64,000 nucleotides of DNA, from the NCBI GenBank assembly GCA_964016885.1, contig OZ024742.1:226300001-226364000 (forward strand), read 5' to 3'. Origin of the DNA: Eledone cirrhosa (Eukaryota). The notes under the pieces were generated by a model. It saw nothing but the letters and a program-made list of their open reading frames with translations, was not told where the DNA came from and did no database searches. Shown one piece after another: positions 23,890 to 38,142 of this stretch; the first letter of the stretch is position 1; every line of letters begins with the position of its first letter. Made by a program: the position numbers and the translations under genes.

Positions 23890-23937
23890 AGAGCAAGGGA
23901 AAAGCGGACGTAAAATGATGATGATGATGATGATGAT
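23890..23937 (+). mobile_element. Very short RTE subfamily C 3' end
   Basis: GCAAGGGAAAAGCGGACGTAAAATGATGATG matches the 38080-38122 terminus; followed by long (AT)n. Confidence 0.75.
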
Positions 23938-23945
23938 ATATATAT

Positions 23946-24548
<603 letters not shown>

Positions 24549-24670
24549 ATATAGTCAACATCTACATACATCTACTATCCACTCAATATCTACACATTGT
24601 ATCTACCTATCTATATATATGTGTATCCCGTCAACATCTATATAATGTATCTGTCTATCTATATATATAT

Positions 24671-27600
24671 AGACACAGTATGTAGATGTTGACTGGATAT
24701 ATATAGAGATAGTCAGACACAGTACTGTGTAGATGTTGACTGGATAGATAGACACAGTATGTAGATGTTGACTGGATATATATAGAGATAGTCAGACACA
24801 GTACTGTGTAGATGTAGACTGGATAGATAGACACAGTATGTAGATGTTGACTGGATATATATAGAGATAGTCAGACACAGTACAATGTAGATGTAGACTG
24901 GATAGATAGACACAGTCTGTAGATGTTGACTGGATATATATAGAGATAGTCAGACACAGTACAATGTAGATGTAGACTGGATAGATAGACACAGTCTGTA
25001 GATGTTGACTGGATATATATAGAGATAGTCAGACACAGTACAATGTAGATGTAGACTGGATAGATAGACACAGTCTGTAGATGTTGACTGGATATATATA
25101 GAGATAGTCAGACACAGTACTGTGTAGATGTTGACTAGATAGATAGACACAGTAGGTAGATGTTGACTGGATATATATAGAGATAGTCAGACACAGTACT
25201 GTGTAGATGTAGACTGGATAGATAGACACAGTATGTAGATGTTGACTCTATATATATAGAGATAGTCAGACACAGTACTGTGTAGATGTAGACTGGATAG
25301 ATAGACACAATATGTAGATGTTGACTGGATATATATAGAGATAGTCAGACACAGTACTGTGTAGATGTAGACTGGATAGATAGACACAGTATGTAGATGT
25401 TGACTCTATATATATAGAGATAGTCAGACACAGTACTGTGTAGATATAGACTGGATAGATAGACACAGTATGTAGATGTTGACTGGATATATATAGAGAT
25501 AGTCAGACACAGTACTGTGTAGATGTTGACTGGATAGATTGACACAGTCTGTAGATGTTGACTGGATATATATAGAGATAGTCAGACACAGTACTATGTA
25601 GATGTAGACTGGATAGATAGACACAGTCTGTAGATGTTGACTGTATATATATATAGAGATAGTCAGACACAGTACTGTGTAGATGTAGACTAGATAGATA
25701 GACAGAGTATGTAGATGTTGACTGGATATATATAGAGATAGTCAGACACAGTACTGTGTAGATGTAGACTGGATAGAGAGACACAGTATGTAGATGTTGA
25801 CTGGATATATATAGAGATAGTCAGACACAGTACTGTGTAGATGTAGACTGGATAGATAGACACAGTATGTAGATGTTGACTGGATATATATAGAGATAGT
25901 CAGACACAGTACTGTGTAGATGTAGACTGGATAGATAGACACAGTCTGTAGATGTTGACTGGATATATATAGAGATAGTCAGACACAGTAATGTGTAGAT
26001 GTTGACTGGATAGATAGACACAGTCTGTAGATGTTGACTGGATATATATAGAGATAGTCAGACACAGTACTGTGTAGATGTAGACTGGATAGATAGACAC
26101 AGTATGTAGATGTTGACTGGATATATATAGAGATAGTCAGACACAGTACTATGTAGATGTAGACTGGATAGATAGACACAGTCTGTAGATGTTGACTGGA
26201 TATATATAAAGATAGTCAGACACAGTACTGTGTAGATGTTGACTGGATAGATAGACACAGTCTGTAGATGTTGACTGGATATATATAAAGATAGTCAGAC
26301 ACAGTACTGTGTAGATGTTGACTGGATAGATAGACACAGTCTGTAGATGTTGACTGGATATATATAGAGATAGTCAGACACAGTACTGTGTAGATGTAGA
26401 CTGGATAGATAGACACAGTATGTAGATGTTGACTGGATATATATAGAGATAGTCAGACACAGTACTATGTAGATGTAGACTGGATAGATAGACACAGTCT
26501 GTAGATGTTGACTGGATATATATAAAGATAGTCAGACACAGTACTGTGTAGATGTTGACTGGATAGATAGACACAGTCTGTAGATGTTGACTGGATATAT
26601 ATAAAGATAGTCAGACACAGTACTGTGTAAATGTTGACTGGATAGATAGACACAGTCTGTAGATGTTGACTGGATATATATAAAGATAGTCAGACACAGT
26701 ACTGTGTAGATGTTGACTGGATAGATAGACACAGTATGTAGATGTTGACTGGATAGATATAGAGATAGTCAGACACAGTACTGTGTAGATGTTGACTGGA
26801 TAGATAGACACAGTATGTAGATGTTGACTGGATATATATAGAGATAGTCAGACACAGTACTGTGTAGATGTAGACTGGATAGATAGACACAGTCTGTAGA
26901 TGTTGACTGGATATATATAGAGATAGTCAGACACAGTACTGTGTAGATGTTGACTGGATAGATAGACACAGTATGTAGATATTGTCTGGATAGATAGACA
27001 CAGTCTGTAGATGTTGACTGGATATATATAGAGATAGTCAGACACAGTACTGTGTAGATGTTGACTGGATAGATAGACACAGTATGTAGATATTGTCTGG
27101 ATATAAATAGAGATAGTCAGACACAGTACTATGTAGATATAGACTGGATAGATAGACACAGTCTGTAGATGTTGACTGGATATATATAGAGATAGTCAGA
27201 CACAGTACTGTGTAGATGTTGACTGGATAGATAGACACAGTCTGTAGATGTTGACTGGATATATATAAAGATAGTCAGACACAGTACTGTGTAGATGTAG
27301 ACTGGATAGATAGACACAGTATGTAGATGTTGACTGGATATATATAGAGATAGTCAGACACAGTACTGTGTAGATGTAGACTGGATAGATAGACAGAGTA
27401 TGTAGATGTTGACTGGATATATATAGAGATAGTCAGACACAGTACTGTGTAGATGTTGACTGGATAGATAGACACAGTATGTAGATGTTGACTGGATATA
27501 TATAGAGATAGTCAGACACAGTACTGTGTAGATGTAGACTGGATAGATAGACACAGTATGTAGATATTGACTGGATATATATAGAGATAGTCAGACACAG

Positions 27601-30600
27601 TACTGTGTAAATGTTGACTGGATAGATAGACACAGTCTGTAGATGTTGACTGGATATATATAGAGATAGTCAGACACAGTACTGTGTAGATGTAGACTGG
27701 ATAGATAGACACAGTATGTAGATGTTGACTGGATATATATAGAGATAGTCAGACACAGTACTGTGTAGATGTAGACTGGATAGATAGACAGAGTATGTAG
27801 ATGTTGACTGGATATATATAGAGATAGTCAGACACAGTACTGTGTAGATGTAGACTGGATAGATAGACACAATATGTAGATGTTGACTGGATATATATAG
27901 AGATAGTCAGACACAGTACTATGTAGATGTAGACTGGATAGATAGACACAGTCTGTAGATGTTGACTGGATATATATAGAGATAGTCAGACACAGTACTG
28001 TGTAGATGTAGACTGGATAGATAGACACAGTATGTAGATATTGTCTGGATATAAATAGAGATAGTCAGACACAGTACTGTGTAGATGTTGACTAGATAGA
28101 TAGACACAGTCTGTAGATGTTGACTGGATATATATAGAGATAGTCAGACACAGTACTGTGTAGATGTAGACTGGATAGATAGACACAGTATGTAGATATT
28201 GTCTGGATATAAATAGAGATAGTCAGACACAGTACTGTGTAGATGTTGACTAGATAGATAGACACAGTCTGTAGATGTTGACTGGATATATATAGAGATA
28301 GTCAGACACAGTACTGTGTAGATGTAGACTGGATAGATAGACACAGTATGTAGATATTGTCTGGATATAAATAGAGATAGTCAGACACAGTACTGTGTAG
28401 ATGTTGACTAGATAGATAGACACAGTCTGTAGATGTTGACTGGATATATATAGAGATAGTCAGACACAGTACTGTGTAGATGTAGACTGGATAGATAGAC
28501 ACAGTATGTAGATGTTGACTGGATATATATAGAGATAGTCAGACACAGTACAATGTAGATGTAGACTGGATAGAGAGACACAGTCTGTAGATGTTGACTG
28601 GATATATATAAAGATAGTCAGACACAGTACTGTGTAGATGTTGACTGGATAGATAGACACAGTATGTAGATGTTGACTGGATATATATAAAGATAGTCAG
28701 ACACAGTACTGTGTAGATGTAGACTGGATAGATAGACACAATATGTAGATGTTGACTGGATATATATAGAGATAGTCAGACACAGTACTGTGTAGATGTT
28801 GACTAGATAGATAGACACAGTAGGTAGATGTTGACTGTATATATATAGAGATAGTCAGACACAGTACTGTGTAGATGTAGACTGGATAGATAGACACAGT
28901 CTGTAGATGTTGACTGGATATAAATAGAGATAGTCAGACACAGTACTGTGTAGATGTAGACTGGATAGATAGACACAATATGTAGATGTTGACTGGATAT
29001 ATATAAAGATAGTCAGACACAGTACTGTGTAGATGTAGACTGGATAGATAGACACAGTATGTAGATGTTGACTGGATATATATAGAGATAGTCAGACACA
29101 GTACTGTGTAGATGTTGACTGGATAGATAGACAGAGTATGTAGATGTTGACTGGATATATATAGAGATAGTCAGACACAGTACTGTGTAGATGTAGACTG
29201 GATAGATAGACACAGTATGTAGATGTTGACTGGATATATATAGAGATAGTCAGACACAGTACTGTGTAGATATAGACTGGATAGATAGACACAGTCTGTA
29301 GATGTTGACTGGATATATATAGAGATAGTCAGACACAGTACTGTGTAGATGTAGACTGGATAGATAGACACAGTATGTAGATGTTGACTGGATATATATA
29401 GAGATAGTCAGACACAGTACTGTGTAGATGTAGACTGGATAGATAGACACAGTATGTAGATGTTGACTGGATATATATAGAGATAGTCAGACACAGTACT
29501 GTGTAGATGTTGACTGGATAGATAGACACAGTCTGTAGATGTTGACTGGATATATATAGAGATAGTCAGACACAGTACTGTGTAGATGTTGACTAGATAG
29601 ATAGACACAGTAGGTAGATGTTGACTGGATATATATATAGAGATAGTCAGACACAGTACTGTGTAGATGTAGACTGGATAGATAGACACAGTATGTAGAT
29701 GTTGACTGGATATATATAGAGATAGTCAGACACAGTACAATGTAGATGTAGACTGGATAGATAGACACAGTCTGTAGATGTTGACTGGATATATATAGAG
29801 ATAGTCAGACACAGTACTGTGTAGATGTAGACTGGATAGATAGACACAGTATGTAGATGTTGACTGGATATATATAAAGATAGTCAGACACAGTACTGTG
29901 TAGATGTAGACTGGATAGATAGACACAGTATGTAGATGTTGACTGGATATATATAGAGATAGTCAGACACAGTAATGTGTAGATGTTGACTGGATAGATA
30001 GACACAGTATGTAGATGTTGACTGGATATATATAGAGATAGTCAGACACAGTACTGTGTAGATGTTGACTGGATAGATAGACACAGTATGTAGATGTTGA
30101 CTGGATATATATAGAGATAGTCAGACACAGTACTGTGTAGATGTAGACTGGATAGATAGACACAGTCTGTAGATGTTGACTCTATATATATAGAGATAGT
30201 CAGACACAGTACTGTGTAGATGTAGACTGGATAGATAGACACAGTCTGTAGATGTTGACTGGATATATATAGAGATAGTCAGACACAGTACTGTGTAGAT
30301 GTAGACTGGATAGATAGACACAGTATGTAGATGTTGACTGGATATATATAGAGATAGTCAGACACAGTACTGTGTAGATGTAGACTGGATAGATAGACAC
30401 AGTATGTAGATGTTGACTGGATATATATAGAGATAGTCAGACACAGTACTGTGTAGATGTTGACTAGATAGATAGACACAATATGTAGATGTTGACTGGA
30501 TATATATAGAGATAGTCAGACACAGTACTGTGTAGATGTAGACTGGATAGATAGACACAGTCTGTAGATGTTGACTGGATATATATAGATAGTCAGACAC

Positions 30601-33600
30601 AGTACTGTGTAGATGTTGACTAGATAGATAGACACAGTCTGTAGATGTTGACTGGATATATATAGAGATAGTCAGACACAGTACTGTGTAGATGTAGACT
30701 GGATAGATAGACACAGTATGTAGATGTTGACTGGATATATATAGAGATAGTCAGACACAGTACTGTGTAGATGTTGACTAGATAGATAGACACAGTCTGT
30801 AGATGTTGACTGGATATATATAGATAGTCAGACACAGTACTGTGTAGATGTTGACTAGATAGATAGACACAATATGTAGATGTTGACTGGATATATATAG
30901 AGATAGTCAGACACAGTACTGTGTAGATGTTGACTAGATAGATAGACACAGTCTGTAGATGTTGACTGGATATATATAGAGATAGTCAGACACAGTACTG
31001 TGTAGATGTTGACTAGATAGATAGACACAGTCTGTAGATGTTGACTGGATATATATAGAGATAGTCAGACACAGTACTGTGTAGATGTAGACTGGATAGA
31101 TAGACACAGTCTGTAGATGTTGACTGGATATATATAGATAGTCAGACACAGTACTGTGTAGATGTTGACTAGATAGATAGACACAGTCTGTAGATGTTGA
31201 CTGGATATATATAGAGATAGTCAGACACAGTACTGTGTAGATGTTGACTAGATAGATAGACACAGTCTGTAGATGTTGACTGGATATATATAGAGATAGT
31301 CAGACACAGTACTGTGTAGATGTAGACTGGATAGATAGACACAGTATGTAGATGTTGACTGGATATATATAGAGATAGTCAGACACAGTACTGTGTAGAT
31401 GTTGACTAGATAGATAGACACAGTCTGTAGATGTTGACTGGATATATATAGAGATAGTCAGACACAGTACTGTGTAGATGTAGACTGGATAGATAGACAC
31501 AGTATGTAGATGTTGACTGGATATATATAGAGATAGTCAGACACAGTAATGTGTAGATGTAGACTGGATAGATAGACACAGTCTGTAGATGTTGACTGGA
31601 TATATATAGAGATAGTCAGACACAGTACTGTGTAGATGTTGACTGGATAGATAGACAGAGTATGTAGATGTTGACTGGATATATATAGAGATAGTCAGAC
31701 ACAGTACTGTGTAGATGTAGACTGGATAGATAGACACAGTATGTAGATGTTGACTGGATATATATAGAGATAGTCAGACACAGTACTGTGTAGATGTAGA
31801 CTGGATAGATAGACACAGTATGTAGATGTTGACTGGATATATATAGAGATAGTCAGACACAGTACTGTGTAGATGTAGACTGGATAGATAGACACAGTCT
31901 GTAGATGTTGACTGGATATATATAGAGATAGTCAGACACAGTACAATGTAGATGTAGACTGGATAGATAGACACAGTATGTAGATGTTGACTGGATATAT
32001 ATAGAGATAGTCAGACACAGTACTGTGTAGATGTTGACTAGATAGATAGACACAGTCTGTAGATGTTGACTGGATATATATAGAGATAGTCAGACACAGT
32101 ACTGTGTAGATGTTGACTAGATAGATAGACACAGTCTGTAGATGTTGACTGGATATATATAGAGATAGTCAGACACAGTACTGTGTAGATGTAGACTGGA
32201 TAGATAGACACAGTAGGTAGATGTTGACTGGATATATATAAAGATAGTCAGACACAGTACTGTGTAGATGTAGACTGGATAGATAGACACAGTATGTAGA
32301 TGTTGACTGGATATATATAGAGATAGTCAGACACAGTACTGTGTAGATGTAGACTGGATAGATAGACACAGTCTGTAGATGTTGACTGGATATATATAGA
32401 GATAGTCAGACACAGTACTGTGTAGATGTTGACTAGATAGATAGACACAGTATGTAGATGTTGACTGGATATATATAGAGATAGTCAGACACAGTACTGT
32501 GTAGATGTAGACTGGATAGATAGACACAGTATGTAGATGTTGACTGGATATATATAGAGATAGTCAGACACAGTACTGTGTAGATGTTGACTGGATAGAT
32601 AGACACAGTATGTAGATGTTGACTGGATATATATAGAGATAGTCAGACACAGTACAATGTAGATGTAGACTGGATAGATAGACACAGTAGGTAGATGTTG
32701 ACTGGATATATATAGAGATAGTCAGACACAGTACTGTGTAGATGTAGACTGGATAGATAGACACAGTCTGTAGATGTTGACTGGATATATATAGAGATAG
32801 TCAGACACAGTACTGTGTAGATGTTGACTGGATAGATAGACACAGTATGTAGATGTTGACTGGATATATATAGAGATAGTCAGACACAGTACAATGTAGA
32901 TGTAGACTGGATAGATAGACACAGTAGGTAGATGTTGACTGGATATATATAGAGATAGTCAGACACAGTACTGTGTAGATGTAGACTGGATAGATAGACA
33001 CAGTCTGTAGATGTTGACTGGATATATATAGAGATAGTCAGACACAGTACTGTGTAGATGTTGACTGGATAGATAGACACAGTCTGTAGATGTTGACTGG
33101 ATATATATAGAGATAGTCAGACACAGTACTATGTAGATGTAGACTGGATAGATAGACACAGTCTGTAGATGTTGACTGGATATATATAGAGATAGTCAGA
33201 CACAGTACTGTGTAGATGTTGACTGGATAGATAGACACAGTATGTAGATGTTGACTGGATATATATAGAGATAGTCAGACACAGTACTATGTAGATGTAG
33301 ACTGGATAGATAGACACAGTATGTAGATGTTGACTGGATAGATAGACACAGTATGTAGATGTTGACTGGATATATATAGAGATAGTCAGACACAGTACTG
33401 TGTAGATGTTGACTGGATAGATAGACAGAGTATGTAGATGTTGACTCTATATATATAGAGATAGTCAGACACAGTACTGTGTAGATGTAGACTAGATAGA
33501 TAGACACAGTATGTAGATGTTGACTGGATATATATAGAGATAGTCAGACACAGTACTGTGTAGATGTAGACTGGATAGATAGACACAGTATGTAGATGTT

Positions 33601-34315
33601 GACTGGATATATATAGAGATAGTCAGACACAGTACTGTGTAAATGTAGACTGGATAGATAGACACAGTATGTAGATGTTGACTGGATATATATAGAGATT
33701 GTCAGACACAGTACTGTGTAGATGTAGACTGGATAGATAGACACAGTCTGTAGATGTTGACTGGATATATATAGAGATAGTCAGACACAGTACTGTGTAG
33801 ATGTAGACTGGATAGATAGACACAGTATGTAGATGTTGACTGGATATATATAAATATAGTCAGACACAGTACTGTGTAGATGTTGACTGGATAGATAGAC
33901 ACAGTAGGTAGATGTTGACTGGATATATATAGAGATAGTCAGACACAGTACTGTGTAGATGTAGACTGGATAGATAGACACAGTATGTAGATGTTGACTG
34001 GATATATATAAAGATAGTCAGACACAGTACTGTGTAGATGTTGACTGGATAGATAGACACAGTCTGTAGATGTTGACTGGATATATATAGAGATAGTCAG
34101 ACACAGTACTGTGTAGATGTAGACTGGATAGATAGACAGAGTATGTAGATGTTGACTGGATATATATAGAGATAGTCAGACACAGTACTATGTAGATGTA
34201 GACTGGATAGATAGACACAGTCTGTAGATGTTGACTGGATATATATAGAGATAGTCAGACACAGTACTGTGTAGATGTAGACTGGATAGATAGACACAGT
34301 ATGTAGATGTTGACT

Positions 34316-34325
<10 letters not shown>
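24671..34325 (-). repeat. 79-bp satellite array, ~120 copies
   Basis: Minus-strand unit CCAGTCAACATCTACATACTGTGTCTATCTAT-CCAGTCTACATCTACACAGTACTGTGTCTGACTATCTCTATATATAT; 79-bp period visible in the ORF track. Confidence 0.98.
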
Positions 34326-34380
<55 letters not shown>

Positions 34381-34959
34381 CAACAACACCATTGTCTGTG
34401 TTGAATGTGTGTGTATGTATGTATTTATATATATGCGACTACAATAACAGCATCAACACCATTGTCTGCAGCATCAGTGAAATGAAGAACAACAACAACG
34501 GCAGCAGCAGCAACAACAACAACAGCAACAGCAGCAGCAACTACAATAACAACTACAGCAACAACAACTGCCACCACCATCACTGACCATCCACCACCAC
34601 CGCCATCACCATACTGACTCCATCCACCACCATTCACCACCACCACCACCATTCACCACCACCACCACCATTACCAGCGTAAAGCAACCAATTACTATTA
34701 TTATTATATAAAAACTGAACTGGACTGGGAAAAGTCAACAGTTGACATGATTTTGATTTTGTATTTGTATCAGTACTGCCGGTAATATATATATATATAT
34801 ATATATATGTGTTTGTGAGTGGTGTGTATGTTTGTATGCATGAATGAGTGTTGGTATGTGAGTGGCGTGTGTGTGTTTGTGGTTTGTATGCATGAGTGTT
34901 GGTGTGTGAGTGTGTGTGTGTGCGTCGTGTCAATAAGTTTGTTTTTTTTGTTTTTTTTT

Positions 34960-37900
34960 AATGACCATGCTGTAAAATGGAGGGGTAGAGAGGGCCCTTG
35001 AGTCTAGTAAGACATCCTCTCTAGTGCTGGTGGCACAAATAAAAGCACCCAGTCCATGCTGTAAAGTGGTGCTGGTGTTACGAAGGGCATCCAACCAGTG
35101 TATCAATGCCAAAACGCTTATCAGCACAGCAACAAATAGGAACAACAACAAAATATGAAGACGTCGCGTCTCAGAGTTGCAACACTTAATGTTGGCACTC
35201 TCAGAGGTAGATCTGCTGAAATAGTGGAGATGCTGGAGAGAAGGCAGGTGGATGTGTGCTGCGTGCAAGAGGTGAGATGGAGAGGTGCCTCTGCGAGACT
35301 AGTCGTAGGCAAACATCTTAGCTATAAGCTTTTCTGGGTAGGTAAGGATGATGGGTTAGGGGGAGTAGGCCTTTTCCTGGCTGAGAAATGGATCAATAAG
35401 ACAATAGAGGTAGTTCGAGTTAGTAATCGAATAATTAAGCTTAGATTAGTTGTAGGCAGGAGACTACTGACAATCATCTCGGCCTATGCTCCCCAAGCAG
35501 GCCTAGGCAAAGATGAGAAAAACTGCTTTTACGAGCAACTTTTTACAAACAACCGCAATGACAGAGGACGGAGACATCGTTATGCTAGCAGGAGACTTCA
35601 ATGGTCATGTTGGACAGTTCCAGGATGGTTACATTGGGGTACATGGTGGGCACGGTTACGGCTCAACAAATGAAGAAGGAGTGAGACTTCTTGAATTTTG
35701 TGATGCAGGTACATTGACTATTTGCAACACAAACTTCCAGAAACCTGCCAATCACCTAATAACCTACAAATCTGGTGAGCACATAAGCCAGATTGACTTC
35801 TTACTAGTTAGGCAGCGGGACAGGAAGATAGTGTCTAATACCAAGGCATACCCTGGGGAAGAATGTACCCCACAGCATATGTTAGATGTTAGTGATATCT
35901 CAGTAAGCAAGAGATGGAATGAGACATATAGGAAGGTGTGGAGAAGAAAGGTCTGGAAGCTAAAAGACCTTTCACTAAAATACAAATTTAGGAAAGCCCT
36001 TCAAGATGTATATGACGAAAAAGAAGACGATTTAGAGACGTATGACATAGATAATAACTGGAATTTCTGACGTGACAACTTGCTGCAGACTACTGATGAA
36101 ACTTGTGGCTGGAGCAGAGCTCCAACCAGACAGAGAGTGACCTGGTGGTGGAACAGCACAGTAGATAAGGCCATTAGAGACAAAAGACTAGCATGGAAGG
36201 TTGGAAAAAGGGTGGGAGTAGGAAAGAATATACAGCCACTAAGAGAGAAGCTAGATGTCAGGTGTACTTAGCACGCAGGGAGGCTGAGAGTAGGAGGTTT
36301 GCCAATGTTCTGCGACGGGAAGATCAGAGGCGTGCGGTGTTCCACATTGCAAGGCAGTGTGTCAATGCAAATCAGGATGTTGTTGGAGATAAATGTGTCC
36401 GGGATGATGCCGGTGTACTTAGTGTCATGAATGATCAGAAAAAGGAGGTCTGGAAATGTCATTATGAGAGACTGATGAATGTGGAGAACGAATGGGAGAG
36501 AGAGAAATTACCCTTAGTAGATCCGACAGAGAGACCAGCTATTGAGATTGACGAATATAGGGTCCAAGAGGCGATTAGGGAAATGAAAAATGATAAGGCT
36601 GCTGGACCATCGGGAATAGTTGCTGAGATGCTGAAGGCATCAGGGGACATAGGTACTAAACTGGTTGCACACATCATCAATCAGGCTATATATGGTGGTG
36701 TCATACCCAAAGACTGGTGCAGCAGTATTCTCATAAATTGCTACAAAGGTAAAGGGGTTGCTCTGGAGAGGAGCAATTATAGGGTATAAAACTGATAGAT
36801 CAGGTTATGAAAGTGGCAGAAAGGATATTAGCACAACTAATTAGAGAAAGGGTCAAACTAGATGAGATGCAGTTTGGTTTTGTGCCTGGGAAGAGTACAA
36901 CAGATGCCCTCTTCTTGGTGAGACAATTGCAAGAGAGGTTCTTAGAGAAAAATAAGCCACTATACTTAGCCTTTGTTGACCTAGAGAAGGCCTTTGATAG
37001 GGTACCCCGATCTGTCATCTGGTGGTCCCTAAGGAAACTAGGTGTTGAGGAATGGCTTGTGAGGACAGTGCAAACTTTGTACAGAGGTACTCTTAGTAAA
37101 GTCAGGGTAGGAATGGAGTTTAGTGAGGAATTCCAGATACAAGTAGGAGTACATCAGGGTTCGGTCCTCAACCCGCTCTTGTTCAAGCCATAATAGAGGA
37201 GTTTAAGACTGGCTGTCCATGGGAACTTCTCTATGTTGACGATCTGGTTCTTATAGCAGAATCAGTAGAGGAGCTAGAGAATACATTCCGGCTATGGAAA
37301 CAGCAGTTGGAAGCAAGAGGACTGACAGTGAACCTAGCTAAGACAAAAGTGTTGATGAGTAGAAAAGAGGACAAAACTCTGATTCCATCAGGGAAATGGC
37401 CATGTTCGATATGCAGAAAAGGAACTGGCATAAATTCTATAAAATGCTCACAATGCAGATCTTGGGTACACAAGAGATGTAGCGGGATAGCAGGCAAACT
37501 AACAGGTAGGGAGAAATATGTATGCAGTAGATGTACAGGGAAATTAGACAGTAGAAGTCGCATTGATAGACACATTTTTAATTGCAGGAGGGCGCTATAG
37601 AAGTGGTGGATAGCTTCCAGTACCTTGGAGATCAGATTAGCTTGGGAGGAGGGTGTTCTGAGGCCATAGTATCTAGAATAAGGATGAGTTGGAAGAAGTT
37701 TAGGGAGCTGCTTCCTCTGTTGACTAAGAAGGGTTTCTCACTGCATACGAAAGGCCGGTTGTATGATGCCTGTGTGAGGAGCGCGATGCTGCATGGTAGT
37801 GAGACATGGGCAGCAACTGCAGAGGATATGCGACGGCTGGAGAGAAATGAGGCAAGCATGCTTCATTGGATATGCAGTGTAAATGTGCGTGAACGACCCA

Positions 37901-38122
37901 GCACAGATGAGTTGAGAGACAAACTGTGTCTGAGAGGGATAGAATTTAGTGTACGGGAGAGGAGACTGAGGTGGTATGGACATGTGATGTGCATGGAGGA
38001 TGACCGATAGGTGAAGAAGTGCCAGGAAATGCGAGTTGAAGGAGAGATGCTGTGCTGAATAAGACCCGTCCCACCCTTGCAAGTAGGGAAAAGTGGACGT
38101 AAAATGATGATGATGATGATGA
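34960..38122 (+). mobile_element. Full-length decayed RTE LINE subfamily C, copy 1
   Basis: 5' UTR, ATG 35155, APE (VATLNVGTL, QEVRW, GDFNGH, IDFLL), RT, PHD, short 3' end and (GAT)n; several stops/frameshifts and a ~110-bp deletion near 38045. Confidence 0.93.
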
Positions 38123-38142
38123 TATATATATATATATATATA

